NCBI GenBank assembly: GCA_964642945.1
Contig: CAZXRX010000005.1
Location: forward strand, 12,818-76,817
From: an uncultured Flavobacterium sp.
Lineage (GTDB): Bacteria; Bacteroidota; Bacteroidia; Flavobacteriales; Flavobacteriaceae
DNA: 64,000 bases
Reading direction: 5' to 3'
This document shows, piece by piece, positions 18,364 through 27,086 of this stretch (its first letter is position 1; each line of letters opens with the position of its first letter). Position numbers and translations under genes: made by a program. Below the pieces are notes generated by a model, which saw only the letters and a program-made list of their open reading frames with translations, was not told where the DNA came from and did no database searches.

Positions 18364-20124
18364 ATGAAAAGACTATTGCTATTGCTGGTGTTGCTCAACC
18401 AATCGCTTTTCGCGCAAGTACAATTTGACGCCAAAGTGAGCAAGAATTCCATGGCCCTCAATGAGCGCCTGCGGATCGATTTTTCGATGAATGCCGACGG
18501 CGACAATTTCAACCCGCCCAATTTTGAAGCTTCGGGTTTCAAGGTGGTTTCGGGCCCAAGCCAAATGGTCAGCCAATCCTGGATCAACGGCCGGAGTACC
18601 TTCAACAAAGCGTATTCCTACACCCTCATGCCGATGCGCAAAGGCACCCTGACCATCCGTCAGGCCAGCATCGAAATCAACGGACAAACCTATAAAACCA
18701 CCCCCATCCAGGTCAATGTAACCAACGCCATCGACCTGCCCAAAGACCCGAACCAGGAACCTACAGTAAGAGCCGACAACAATTTATACCTGGTGGCCGA
18801 TATTTCCAAAGGCAACCCCTATGTGAACGAACCGATTACCGTGGTATACAAACTGTATTTCAGTTACAATATCGGTATTTCCAACTGGCGCGAACTCAAC
18901 AAGCCGAAATACAATGATTTCTGGAGCCAGAACATCGACATCAAACAACTGGTGGCCGAAGAAGGCCAATTCAAGGGCGAGCGCTATCGTTATGTAGTGC
19001 TCCGTAAAACCGTGCTGTATCCGCAAAAATCAGGCAAACTCGAAATCGAGCCACTCACCCTCGATATCGATTGTGAAGTGCCCACAGGCAGAAGGAACAT
19101 CTGGGGACAGCAACTCCTTATGCAAGACAACAAAAGGGTTTCGGCCGGAAGCAAGATCATCACTGTCAAAGCCCTGCCGGAAGCCGGAAAGCCAGCTGAT
19201 TTTTCTGGCGCTGTAGGTAAATTGGATTTCAAGGTAACGCCATCAAGAACCACTTTACAGAATGGAGAATCACTCGAACTGAAATTAAGCGTTACCGGAA
19301 CCGGAAACCTCAAATTGTTCCAATTGCCCAAACCCGTGGTGCCGCCTGCCCTCGAAATGTATGACCCGGAACATACCGAAAACGTTTCGACCCCACTCTC
19401 CGGGATGACTGGCAGTATTACCGACAATTACACGATTATTCCGCAATACAAAGGCAATTACGCCATCAAACCAATGCGGTTTACCTATTTTGATTTGGGT
19501 TCTGGCAGTTATAAAACCATCACTTCTTCTGAAATCAGGATCAATGTGTTGGATGGGCCGGGCATCGCCGCAAGCCCATCTGCTGCAAAAGGCAACGCAA
19601 AAGTCGCCGTCACAGCCAGCAAGGCCTTTGCCTATATCAAGCAAAAAACAAGCCTGGTAAGCCAGCAACAGGACGACTTCCTGGGCTCCGGATTGTTTTA
19701 TTCGATGGTGTTTTTACCCTTTTTGGCCATTCCGTTGTTGGTGGTCATCCGGAAGAAAAAAGAAGCCAAAGAAGGCGATGTCATAGGCAATAAAGTCAGG
19801 AAATCGAATGCCATGGCCCGGAAATACCTCTCAGAAGCCAAAATCCACCTGGGCAACAAAGAACCGTTTTATATCGCCCTGGAAAAATCGATGCACAACT
19901 TCCTGAAAGCCAAACTGCGCATCGAAACTTCTGAAATGAGCAAAGAAAAAATCACGGCACTTCTGTTGTCGCGCAATGCCAACAGCGAAACGGTTGCCGG
20001 TTTTATCGCACTGACCGAAAATTGCGAGTTCGCCCGTTATGCACCTTCCACCACCGGAAGCATGCAGCAGGATTATGAAAAAGCAGTCGAAATCATTTCA
20101 AGCCTTGAAAAACAAATCGCCTAA
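18364..20124 (+). CDS. batD: BatD protein
   Basis: Signal peptide, P..FSGAVG motif, C-terminal TM helix and ARYAP. Confidence 0.85.
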   Translation: MKRLLLLLVLLNQSLFAQVQFDAKVSKNSMALNERLRIDFSMNADGDNFNPPNFEASGFKVVSGPSQMVSQSWINGRSTFNKAYSYTLMPMRKGTLTIRQASIEINGQTYKTTPIQVNVTNAIDLPKDPNQEPTVRADNNLYLVADISKGNPYVNEPITVVYKLYFSYNIGISNWRELNKPKYNDFWSQNIDIKQLVAEEGQFKGERYRYVVLRKTVLYPQKSGKLEIEPLTLDIDCEVPTGRRNIWGQQLLMQDNKRVSAGSKIITVKALPEAGKPADFSGAVGKLDFKVTPSRTTLQNGESLELKLSVTGTGNLKLFQLPKPVVPPALEMYDPEHTENVSTPLSGMTGSITDNYTIIPQYKGNYAIKPMRFTYFDLGSGSYKTITSSEIRINVLDGPGIAASPSAAKGNAKVAVTASKAFAYIKQKTSLVSQQQDDFLGSGLFYSMVFLPFLAIPLLVVIRKKKEAKEGDVIGNKVRKSNAMARKYLSEAKIHLGNKEPFYIALEKSMHNFLKAKLRIETSEMSKEKITALLLSRNANSETVAGFIALTENCEFARYAPSTTGSMQQDYEKAVEIISSLEKQIA

Positions 20125-20126
20125 CC

Positions 20127-20870
20127 ATGAAAAAGATAGTCTATTTATTGCTTTTGGTTTCCCAGGTTTTTTGGGCACAGGATGCGTTTGAAAAAGGGAA
20201 CCAGTCCTATCAAAAAGAAGATTACCAAAATGCAGTGTCACAATATGAAAGCATCCTGGCTTCCGGCAAGCAATCGGCAGAAGTGTATTTTAATCTGGGC
20301 AACAGTTATTACAAGCTGCATCAGGTAGCACCGGCTGTTTACAATTATGAAAAAGCCCTGCAACTGAGTCCGAACGACCCAGAAATACAGACCAACCTCG
20401 ATTTTGCCCGTAAAATGGCCATAGACGACATCAAAATCATCCCAAAAGTCGGTTTTAAGAAACTGATTGCCGATTTCACGTCGGCCCATCATTATGACAG
20501 CTGGGCCTGGATGACTGTGGGTTTGGCATTTGTATTCTTGTTGTTTTTTGTGGGATATTATTATTCAGCAACAACTGTACGGAAGCGGATTTTCTTTTCC
20601 GGAATGTTCCTGGTACTGGTGGGCATGGGCATGACGGTTTTTGCCGCCTTGTTTGAAAAGAACAGGACCTCAAGCGAAAAACCAGCCATTATCTTTGCCG
20701 ATACGGTGTCAGTGAAAAGCGAACCAAAACCCTCGAGTCCGGATACTTTCATCCTGCACGAAGGCACCAAAGTCTACATCCTGGAAAGCATTGCTAACTG
20801 GAAAAAAATCCAACTGACCGACGAAACCACCGGCTGGATTGAAAGCGAAAGCCTCAAGGAGCTGAACTAA
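20127..20870 (+). CDS. batE: BatE TPR + SH3 protein
   Basis: YFNLGNSYYK TPR, TM helices and LHEGTKV...GWI SH3. Confidence 0.85.
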   Translation: MKKIVYLLLLVSQVFWAQDAFEKGNQSYQKEDYQNAVSQYESILASGKQSAEVYFNLGNSYYKLHQVAPAVYNYEKALQLSPNDPEIQTNLDFARKMAIDDIKIIPKVGFKKLIADFTSAHHYDSWAWMTVGLAFVFLLFFVGYYYSATTVRKRIFFSGMFLVLVGMGMTVFAALFEKNRTSSEKPAIIFADTVSVKSEPKPSSPDTFILHEGTKVYILESIANWKKIQLTDETTGWIESESLKELN

Positions 20871-21352
20871 ACTTTTTCCCTCAGGTCTTCAAACCAGTTT
20901 TGGAGCACCGGCAACAAAAAACCCGAAGTTTTGAGAATAGGGTTGAAAAACAATGATTTTTCCTGGGTATCTTTTGAAATCAGGGCGTTGTCAAAATTTA
21001 TTTTTTGCAGCAGCCCGAGCACCACACCCAATATCAGGGCCATTTTCAATCCGCCGAAAACAGCCCCGCCAATCCGGTTAAAAATTCCCAAAAACAAGGC
21101 GCTGGCTATATTGGATAATAATTTGGCCAGCAGATGGATGCCAATCACGACCAGGATAAATGTAATGACAAAGGCCAGCACTTTAGCCGATTTGGAGTCG
21201 CCAAGGCAGCTTCCGATAACCGAAGAAAATTTTACAGCCACATAAATGCCTACAAAAAAAGCAACCAAGGAGGCAAATTCAACAATGAGTCCGTTCCGGA
21301 TTCCCTTAAAAATGCCATAAGCCAATAAAACGCCTAAAAAGAGATCAATCAA
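20867..21352 (-). CDS. CvpA (colicin V production) family membrane protein
   Basis: G..KG.RNGLI.E and NRIGGAVFG motifs; probable TTG start at 21352 downstream of promoter box 21376-21383 (-). Confidence 0.8.
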   Translation of the reverse strand: MIDLFLGVLLAYGIFKGIRNGLIVEFASLVAFFVGIYVAVKFSSVIGSCLGDSKSAKVLAFVITFILVVIGIHLLAKLLSNIASALFLGIFNRIGGAVFGGLKMALILGVVLGLLQKINFDNALISKDTQEKSLFFNPILKTSGFLLPVLQNWFEDLREKV

Positions 21353-21474
21353 AACATTTGTATAAAAGTAGGCCACAAATATAAGGGAAGAAAGACGCAA
21401 CAGGCAAGGGAATGGCGTTCAAATGTGATATATTTGCAAATTGTAAACAGAAGCATCCTCTATTTCCCAACACC

Positions 21475-21831
21475 ATGTCAAGAGACGAACAATTAAAAAA
21501 CCGCTGGAACAAGGTTGTCGAAATCCTCTCGAACCAATTTGCTGATGGCGAAACGCTCGACCTCGATGCCATCATTTACCTGATTGGCGTGCAGGAACTC
21601 GGCAAATTCAAGCAGGCTTTCAAAAAAGACGAAAAAGTCAACCTGATGCACATTGCCATCTGCCGTTTGCTGGAGCCTTACGGCTATTACGAATTCGAAT
21701 TTTTCGACAAAGACGGCTGGCCACATTACAAGGTAAAGGAAGAACTGCCACCGCTTAAGGCAGGCGAACAATCCATCCTGATGAAAGATGCCATCGTGAA
21801 TTATTTCCTCGAAAGGCAATTAATTGAGTAA
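21475..21831 (+). CDS. Conserved Bacteroidota hypothetical protein
   Basis: IYLIGVQELG...K.EK..LMHIAICRLL...GYY...DGWPHY; promoter box TATATTTG at 21429-21436. Confidence 0.75.
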   Translation: MSRDEQLKNRWNKVVEILSNQFADGETLDLDAIIYLIGVQELGKFKQAFKKDEKVNLMHIAICRLLEPYGYYEFEFFDKDGWPHYKVKEELPPLKAGEQSILMKDAIVNYFLERQLIE

Positions 21832-21901
21832 TTAGTGATTAGTCTATAGTAATTGGCCTTTGTTTAAGGGACTAATTACCAATCACACTTTACTAATCAC
21901 T
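21827..21901. repeat. 4x7-mer inverted-repeat element, family A (empty)
   Basis: AGTAATT AGTGATT AGTCTAT AGTAATT GG, 15-nt spacer, CT AATTACC AATCACA CTTTACT AATCACT. Confidence 0.85.
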
Positions 21902-21966
21902 AAAAAATACCTAAATTTGCACCTTTACATCAATCCTTATCGGAAAATTGTACAAAGCAGGAAAAC

Positions 21967-22986
21967 ATGATAGACAAGATCAAACAACATATCGAAGAAG
22001 CCAAGGCCTTCAACACCAAAAACAAGGAAGCGCTCGAACAGTTCCGCATCAAGTATTTAGGAAGCAAGGGCTTGCTCAAAGAACTTTTTACCGAATTCAA
22101 GAACATTCCCAACGACCAGAAAAAAGACTTCGGACAGGTCATCAACACCCTGAAAAATGTGGCTGAAGAAAAAGTAAAAGCCATCGCCGAGGAACTCGAA
22201 AGCAAGGAAGAGGTAAAAGGCATTTACGGCGACTTGTCGCGCACAGGCGAGCCGATACAAATTGGTTCCCGTCATCCGATATCGATTGTAAAAAACCAGA
22301 TTATCGACATTTTTTCCACCATCGGTTTCAACGTATCCGAAGGCCCGGAAATTGAAGATGACTGGCACAATTTTACTGCCTTGAACCTGCCCGAATACCA
22401 TCCGGCGCGTGACATGCAGGACACTTTTTTCATCCAAACCAATCCAGACGTTTTGCTGCGCACGCACACCTCTTCGGTACAGGTGCGTTATATGGAAAAC
22501 CACAAACCGCCCATCAGAACGATTTCTCCAGGAAGGGTGTTCCGAAACGAAGCGGTTTCAAGCCGTTCACATTGCATTTTCCATCAGGTGGAAGGCTTGT
22601 ACATCGACAAAGACGTTTCGTTTGCCGACCTGAAACAAACCTTATTGTACTTCACCAAGGAAATGTTCGGAAAGTCAAAAATCCGCCTGCGTCCGTCTTA
22701 CTTCCCGTTTACCGAGCCTAGTGCTGAGGTAGACATTTACTGGGGGCTCAAAACCGAAACCGATTACCGCATCACCAAAGGTACTGGCTGGTTAGAGATT
22801 ATGGGTTGCGGGATGGTTGACCCGAACGTACTCAAAAACTGCGGCATCAACCCCAACGAATACAACGGTTTTGCCTTTGGTATGGGCATTGAGCGTATTG
22901 CGATGCTGTTGTACCAAATTGGCGACATCCGGATGTTTTATGAAAACGACGTGCGGTTTTTGGAGCAATTTAAATCGTCCATTTAA
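21967..22986 (+). CDS. pheS: Phenylalanine--tRNA ligase alpha subunit
   Basis: [33 protein letters not shown] and [11 protein letters not shown]. Confidence 0.98.
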   Translation: MIDKIKQHIEEAKAFNTKNKEALEQFRIKYLGSKGLLKELFTEFKNIPNDQKKDFGQVINTLKNVAEEKVKAIAEELESKEEVKGIYGDLSRTGEPIQIGSRHPISIVKNQIIDIFSTIGFNVSEGPEIEDDWHNFTALNLPEYHPARDMQDTFFIQTNPDVLLRTHTSSVQVRYMENHKPPIRTISPGRVFRNEAVSSRSHCIFHQVEGLYIDKDVSFADLKQTLLYFTKEMFGKSKIRLRPSYFPFTEPSAEVDIYWGLKTETDYRITKGTGWLEIMGCGMVDPNVLKNCGINPNEYNGFAFGMGIERIAMLLYQIGDIRMFYENDVRFLEQFKSSI

Positions 22987-22995
22987 TTTATTAGA

Positions 22996-23071
22996 AGCTA
23001 TTTCCGGCTGTCCGTTGTATCTTTTCCTTGCTAAAGGAGCAAGAAAAAGGATGCCACTTCCATCCGGGCTA
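22996..23071 (+). repeat. Structured 3'-UTR repeat, short form (possibly Flavo-1-type RNA or REP-like)
   Basis: Same ends as 1831-1972; inner hairpin ATCTTTTCCTTGCT-AAAGG-AGCAAGAAAAAGGAT. Confidence 0.7.
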
Positions 23072-23100
23072 AGGCGCATCCGGTTAAATTCAAGATTGCC

Positions 23101-23508
23101 ATGAAAAAAGACATCAACATCCCCACAGTAGAAAACGTTTTTCTCGCCGCCATCCAGGAATGGAGCGACGAACTCATGCAGAAAGTATGGTATGTACATT
23201 TGGTGAACGATTCTGATTATGACCTTGAAAGTGTCATGGTGGTTTCCAAAGCCTTTGGCATGCTTGAGGGGGAAATGAAGAAAACCTCCTTATTGCGCCA
23301 TGCGTTTGTGAATATCCCAGCCGTTTCGACCGTCAAAGTCGAATTGCTCGACGACAGCGTATTGCTACTCAACAACGAATTTATGGTGACCTATTTCATC
23401 GGAAGCATCTTATACGACAAGAAATTCATTTTCAGGGCGCAATCCATCACACCCGATTATGTCGAGGAAGTGCCTATTTTGTTTGTAGATGGGGTAATAG
23501 TAAGGTAA
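23101..23508 (+). CDS. Conserved hypothetical protein
   Basis: MKKDI.IP.VE...W.V.L.N...V.VVS...G...KTS.LRH pattern; follows pheS. Confidence 0.7.
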   Translation: MKKDINIPTVENVFLAAIQEWSDELMQKVWYVHLVNDSDYDLESVMVVSKAFGMLEGEMKKTSLLRHAFVNIPAVSTVKVELLDDSVLLLNNEFMVTYFIGSILYDKKFIFRAQSITPDYVEEVPILFVDGVIVR

Positions 23509-23510
23509 AA

Positions 23511-23729
23511 TCAGTTTCCTGATTGTCTTTTTACTTTGGCTTTCCAGTTGAAATAGCCCAACACAAAAATACCCAACAAAATAAAAATAATGGCCTTGAC
23601 ATAGATGCCCGGATGGGAAAGTTGTGTGGCCAAAGGTTTTTCCTGAAGTTCAAACAGCACGTTGAAAAGGGTCATGAAAACGCCCCAGAAGGTGCCGGTC
23701 TTGAATTGGTATTTCCACCTTTCACTCAT
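23511..23729 (-). CDS. Small two-TM hypothetical protein
   Basis: 72 aa with two hydrophobic segments; starts immediately after the gpsA stop. Confidence 0.6.
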   Translation of the reverse strand: MSERWKYQFKTGTFWGVFMTLFNVLFELQEKPLATQLSHPGIYVKAIIFILLGIFVLGYFNWKAKVKRQSGN

Positions 23730-23730
23730 T

Positions 23731-24726
23731 TTAATCTAATTTTTCGGTTAATTTTTTGAACACAGCCTTGGCCTCTTTTCCTTCATAAAGAATTTGGTAC
23801 ACCGCATCGATAATCGGTGTTTTGGCCTTGTATTCCTGGTTCAGTTTGTAGGCACTTTTGACGGCATAATACCCTTCGGCGACCATGCTCATTTCCATCA
23901 TCGCACTTTTGACCGTATAGCCTTTGCCAATCATGTTGCCAAACATCCGGTTGCGCGAAAAAACCGAATAACCCGTTACGAGCAAATCGCCCAGATAGGC
24001 CGAATTGTTGATGTTCCGCTTCATTTTGTGTACTTTCCGGATGAACTTTTTCATCTCCCGGATGGCGTTGCTCATGATGACCGACTGGAAGTTGTCGCCA
24101 TAACCCAAACCATGCGCTATTCCGGCAGCAATGGCATAAATGTTCTTGAGCATGGCGGCATATTCGGTACCGATGATGTCATCTGAAATCTTGGTCTTGA
24201 TGTAATTGCCAGACAATACCTTGGCTACGACCTTGGCTTTGTCGGCATCGCCACAGGCAATGGTCAGGTAGGAAAGCCTTTCGAGGGCGACTTCCTCTGC
24301 GTGACAGGGGCCGGTAATAACCCCGATGTTGTGATACGGAATGTCGTATTTTTTATGGAAATGTTCCCCGACAATCAGGAAGGTTTCCGGAACGATGCCC
24401 TTGATGGCCGAAAAAATCACTTTGTCTTTCAGGGAAACGGTCAGTTTTTCGAGCTCGGTGCTCAAAAACGCCGACGGAATGGCGAAAATAAGGTAATCGG
24501 CATAGGCCACCGCTTCGTTGATATCGGAAGTCAGTTTGAGTTTGTTGGTGTCAAATTCTACGGAACTTAAATAATTGGGGTTGTGCTTTTGTGACCTGAT
24601 GTGGTCTATGGCCGATTGGTTGCGCATGTACCAGGCAATTTCGTCTAAGTTGACACACAACATTTTTGCAATGGCTGTGGCCCAGCTTCCGCCGCCGATT
24701 ACTGCAAATTTAGGATAGGTGTTCAT
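23731..24726 (-). CDS. gpsA: NAD(P)H-dependent glycerol-3-phosphate dehydrogenase
   Basis: GGGSWATA, LKNIYAIAAG, GDLLVT and SRNR motifs. Confidence 0.95.
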   Translation of the reverse strand: MNTYPKFAVIGGGSWATAIAKMLCVNLDEIAWYMRNQSAIDHIRSQKHNPNYLSSVEFDTNKLKLTSDINEAVAYADYLIFAIPSAFLSTELEKLTVSLKDKVIFSAIKGIVPETFLIVGEHFHKKYDIPYHNIGVITGPCHAEEVALERLSYLTIACGDADKAKVVAKVLSGNYIKTKISDDIIGTEYAAMLKNIYAIAAGIAHGLGYGDNFQSVIMSNAIREMKKFIRKVHKMKRNINNSAYLGDLLVTGYSVFSRNRMFGNMIGKGYTVKSAMMEMSMVAEGYYAVKSAYKLNQEYKAKTPIIDAVYQILYEGKEAKAVFKKLTEKLD

Positions 24727-24932
24727 TGTCGTAGTATTTCTGGCCTCAAAAATAGTCTTTTTAATCGTTCTGGCAAGACCAGTAGATGGCAGCCTGGAGG
24801 CGGGTTTTCAATTTTAACGTATTTTTATGATTTACAAGGCAATAACACCAAATGTTGGTCGTTATTGATATATGGAATTTGTTAGATTAGTTTCATAACT
24901 TGAGTTAGTTAAGATTTGTTTAGGGTTTTGAG

Positions 24933-24967
24933 AAAGGCGTTCAAAAGTAAGATTTTGAACGCCTTTT
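24933..24967. terminator. Terminator, probably bidirectional
   Basis: AAAGGCGTTCAAAA-GTAAGA-TTTTGAACGCCTTT. Confidence 0.75.
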
Positions 24968-24973
24968 GATATT

Positions 24974-25420
24974 TTACAGCTTATAGCTCTGTTGAAGTCT
25001 AAAATTATATATTAAAAATCCGCAGCTTATAATTACAGGAGGTGGAAAGGCGATCAAAAATAAAGTTTTAGTTATATTACATAAGGAATAATAATAGATG
25101 TACAGACATCCGATAATCCATACCAGCGACAGTATCACTAAAAATACTCCAATCCAGTTTAACCCTCTCATCAGTCTATCAATAGCAGCATCATTTCCCT
25201 TTTTAAATTCGTCCCATAAATTTTCATCTATTCCTGAAACAATCATACCATAGGCCATATAAAAAACCGCAAATAAAAAGAGGCATAACTGCATTGCTAT
25301 TGAAAACAGCTTTAGGTTTATTGTTAGCGTAAACCATCCTGAAAAGCACATCAAAGTTATGCCCGTAAATGTCAGAATCATTACCAACCCATTTTCCTTA
25401 TCTCTGTTAACGATTTTCAC
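24974..25420 (-). CDS. AT-rich hypothetical membrane protein (about 4 TM)
   Basis: GTG start overlaps the nadD TGA; hydrophobic helices; no recognised family. Confidence 0.55.
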   Translation of the reverse strand: MKIVNRDKENGLVMILTFTGITLMCFSGWFTLTINLKLFSIAMQLCLFLFAVFYMAYGMIVSGIDENLWDEFKKGNDAAIDRLMRGLNWIGVFLVILSLVWIIGCLYIYYYSLCNITKTLFLIAFPPPVIISCGFLIYNFRLQQSYKL

Positions 25421-25998
25421 TTCTTGTAAAAATTGTTATAATCAATTTCTTCCCAAACCTTTTCGGGCAACAGCGGCCTTACATTCTTCTTGTTTTTGAG
25501 GCTTTCGCGGATGAAGGTCGATGAAATTTCAACTATGGGTGCGTCAATTTTATGCACGCGGGCTTGTTTTTCAAAAGCAGGATTTGGCGTTTCAGATGAA
25601 ATGCGCGGATACACGTAAATGTCATGGTGCTCCAGCAGGTACTCATAATTTTTCCACTTGTGCAGCGAATGTAAGTTGTCTTCGCCCATAATCAATGAAA
25701 ACTCATGCTGCGGGAATTTGTCTTTCAAATGGGCCAATGTATTGACCGTATAATTGGGTTGCGGCAACTTGAATTCGATGTCGGAAGGTTTGATTTTCGG
25801 ATAATCTTCGGTGGCCAACTGCACCATGTGGTAGCGTTGGCGGTCATCGAGCAGGGTGTTTTTCTGTTTCAGCGGATTGTGCGGCGTAACCACCATCCAG
25901 ATTTGTTCCAAATCGGAATACTCTGCCATGTGGTTGGCAATAATCAGGTGCCCTACGTGTATGGGGTTGAAGGTTCCGAAATAGAGTCCGATTTTCAT
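25417..25998 (-). CDS. nadD: Nicotinate-nucleotide adenylyltransferase
   Basis: GTFNPIHVGH, IMGEDN and ISSTFIR motifs. Confidence 0.96.
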   Translation of the reverse strand: MKIGLYFGTFNPIHVGHLIIANHMAEYSDLEQIWMVVTPHNPLKQKNTLLDDRQRYHMVQLATEDYPKIKPSDIEFKLPQPNYTVNTLAHLKDKFPQHEFSLIMGEDNLHSLHKWKNYEYLLEHHDIYVYPRISSETPNPAFEKQARVHKIDAPIVEISSTFIRESLKNKKNVRPLLPEKVWEEIDYNNFYKK

Positions 25999-26004
25999 TT
26001 TATA

Positions 26005-26034
26005 AGTGATTAGTGAAGAGTAAAGAGTAATTAG
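26005..26034. repeat. 4x7-mer arm (family A) at the 3' end of the four-helix-bundle gene
   Basis: AGTGATT AGTGAAG AGTAAAG AGTAATT AG; contains the gene's stop codon. Confidence 0.9.
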
Positions 26035-26396
26035 TCTTTGAGTTTTCTTGAAAAAGAATTGATCATTTTGGATTCTTCTTCAATTTCATTCAAAATTACA
26101 GTTAAGTCTTTTTCCCCAATAATAAATCCTAAATCGTTGGCAATTATAAGTTGTGTCTCAAGTTCGTAAAGTGATCCCCTTGCAATATCCAAAAAGTGAC
26201 CAAAGGATTTATCAGTGTTTCTGCCGAATCCTTCTGCAATGTTTGAAGGTATGGAAACAGCCGCTCTTTTTAATTGGCTACTCAAAGCATATAGTTCTTC
26301 TTTAGGAAAAGAGTCTGTTATAGTATAGACCAAACGAACAATTTTAATGCCTTTTTGCCAAATCAGTAAATCCTTATATGATTTTATTTCTCCCAT
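26031..26396 (-). CDS. Four-helix-bundle protein (23S rRNA IVS-protein / bAvd-like family)
   Basis: YKDL.IWQK, FPKEELYALSSQLKRAAVSIPSNIAEG and FL.IARGSL.ELETQL signature. Confidence 0.93.
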   Translation of the reverse strand: MGEIKSYKDLLIWQKGIKIVRLVYTITDSFPKEELYALSSQLKRAAVSIPSNIAEGFGRNTDKSFGHFLDIARGSLYELETQLIIANDLGFIIGEKDLTVILNEIEEESKMINSFSRKLKD

Positions 26397-26400
26397 CCTG

Positions 26401-26430
26401 CTAATTACTCCTCACTAATCACTCTTTACT
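26401..26430. repeat. 4x7-mer arm (family A, inverted) at the 5' end of the four-helix-bundle gene
   Basis: CT AATTACT CCTCACT AATCACT CTTTACT; contains the gmk stop codon. Confidence 0.9.
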
Positions 26431-26998
26431 GATTCACAAATTCCTTGACCAATTCATACGCTTCCTGCTTCGCGACATCGAGATCATAATTCTTGATGAC
26501 GGTATCAAATTGCGGCGCCGTGGCGAGTTCGACATGGGCTTTGGCGATGCGCATGTTGATTTTTTCGTCGGTTTCGGTGGAGCGTTCCTTTAAGCGTCGT
26601 TTGAGTTCGTCCACACTGGGCGGTTTCACGAAAACGGCCAGCGTTTCCTGCGGGAATTTGTGCTTGATTCTTAATCCGCCGGCCACATCGATATCAAAAA
26701 TAACGTTTTTGCCTTTGGCCCAAATGCGTTCGACTTCACTTTTCAGGGTGCCGTAAAAATTATCGCGGTACACTTCTTCCCATTCGATAAAATCTTCGGC
26801 CTTGATGTGTTTCTTGAAATCGGCGATGGATATAAAATAGTAGTCTTTTCCGTCCACTTCTTCGCCGCGCGGTTCCCGTGTGGCGGCCGAAATGGAAAAC
26901 TCCAAATTTAAATCGGGCTGTGCCAGCAAATGCCTTACGATAGTGGTTTTTCCGGAGCCGGAAGGGGCAGAAAATACGAGGAGTTTTCCTTTGTTCAT
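26426..26998 (-). CDS. gmk: Guanylate kinase
   Basis: APSGSGKTT, SISAATR.PR..E.DG.DYYF and YGT motifs. Confidence 0.97.
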   Translation of the reverse strand: MNKGKLLVFSAPSGSGKTTIVRHLLAQPDLNLEFSISAATREPRGEEVDGKDYYFISIADFKKHIKAEDFIEWEEVYRDNFYGTLKSEVERIWAKGKNVIFDIDVAGGLRIKHKFPQETLAVFVKPPSVDELKRRLKERSTETDEKINMRIAKAHVELATAPQFDTVIKNYDLDVAKQEAYELVKEFVNQ

Positions 26999-27005
26999 TT
27001 TGGTT

Positions 27006-27086
27006 AGTGATTAGTGAATAGTAAAGAGTAATTAGCCAGAAGCCGTTTACAACCGACTAATTACTAATCACCAATTACCAGTTACT
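27006..27086. repeat. 4x7-mer inverted-repeat element, family A (empty)
   Basis: AGTGATT AGTGAAT AGTAAAG AGTAATT AG, 21-nt spacer, CT AATTACT AATCACC AATTACC AGTTACT; left arm 29/30 identical to 26005-26034. Confidence 0.9.

Noticed and set aside
26031..26396. Four-helix-bundle gene as part of a DGR or a real 23S rRNA intervening sequence
   Set aside because: No reverse transcriptase, template/variable repeat pair or rRNA gene is present in the window.
21827..27086. Heptamer arrays as a CRISPR array or IS terminal repeats
   Set aside because: There are no 25-40-nt direct repeats with unique spacers, no cas or transposase gene and no evident target-site duplication.
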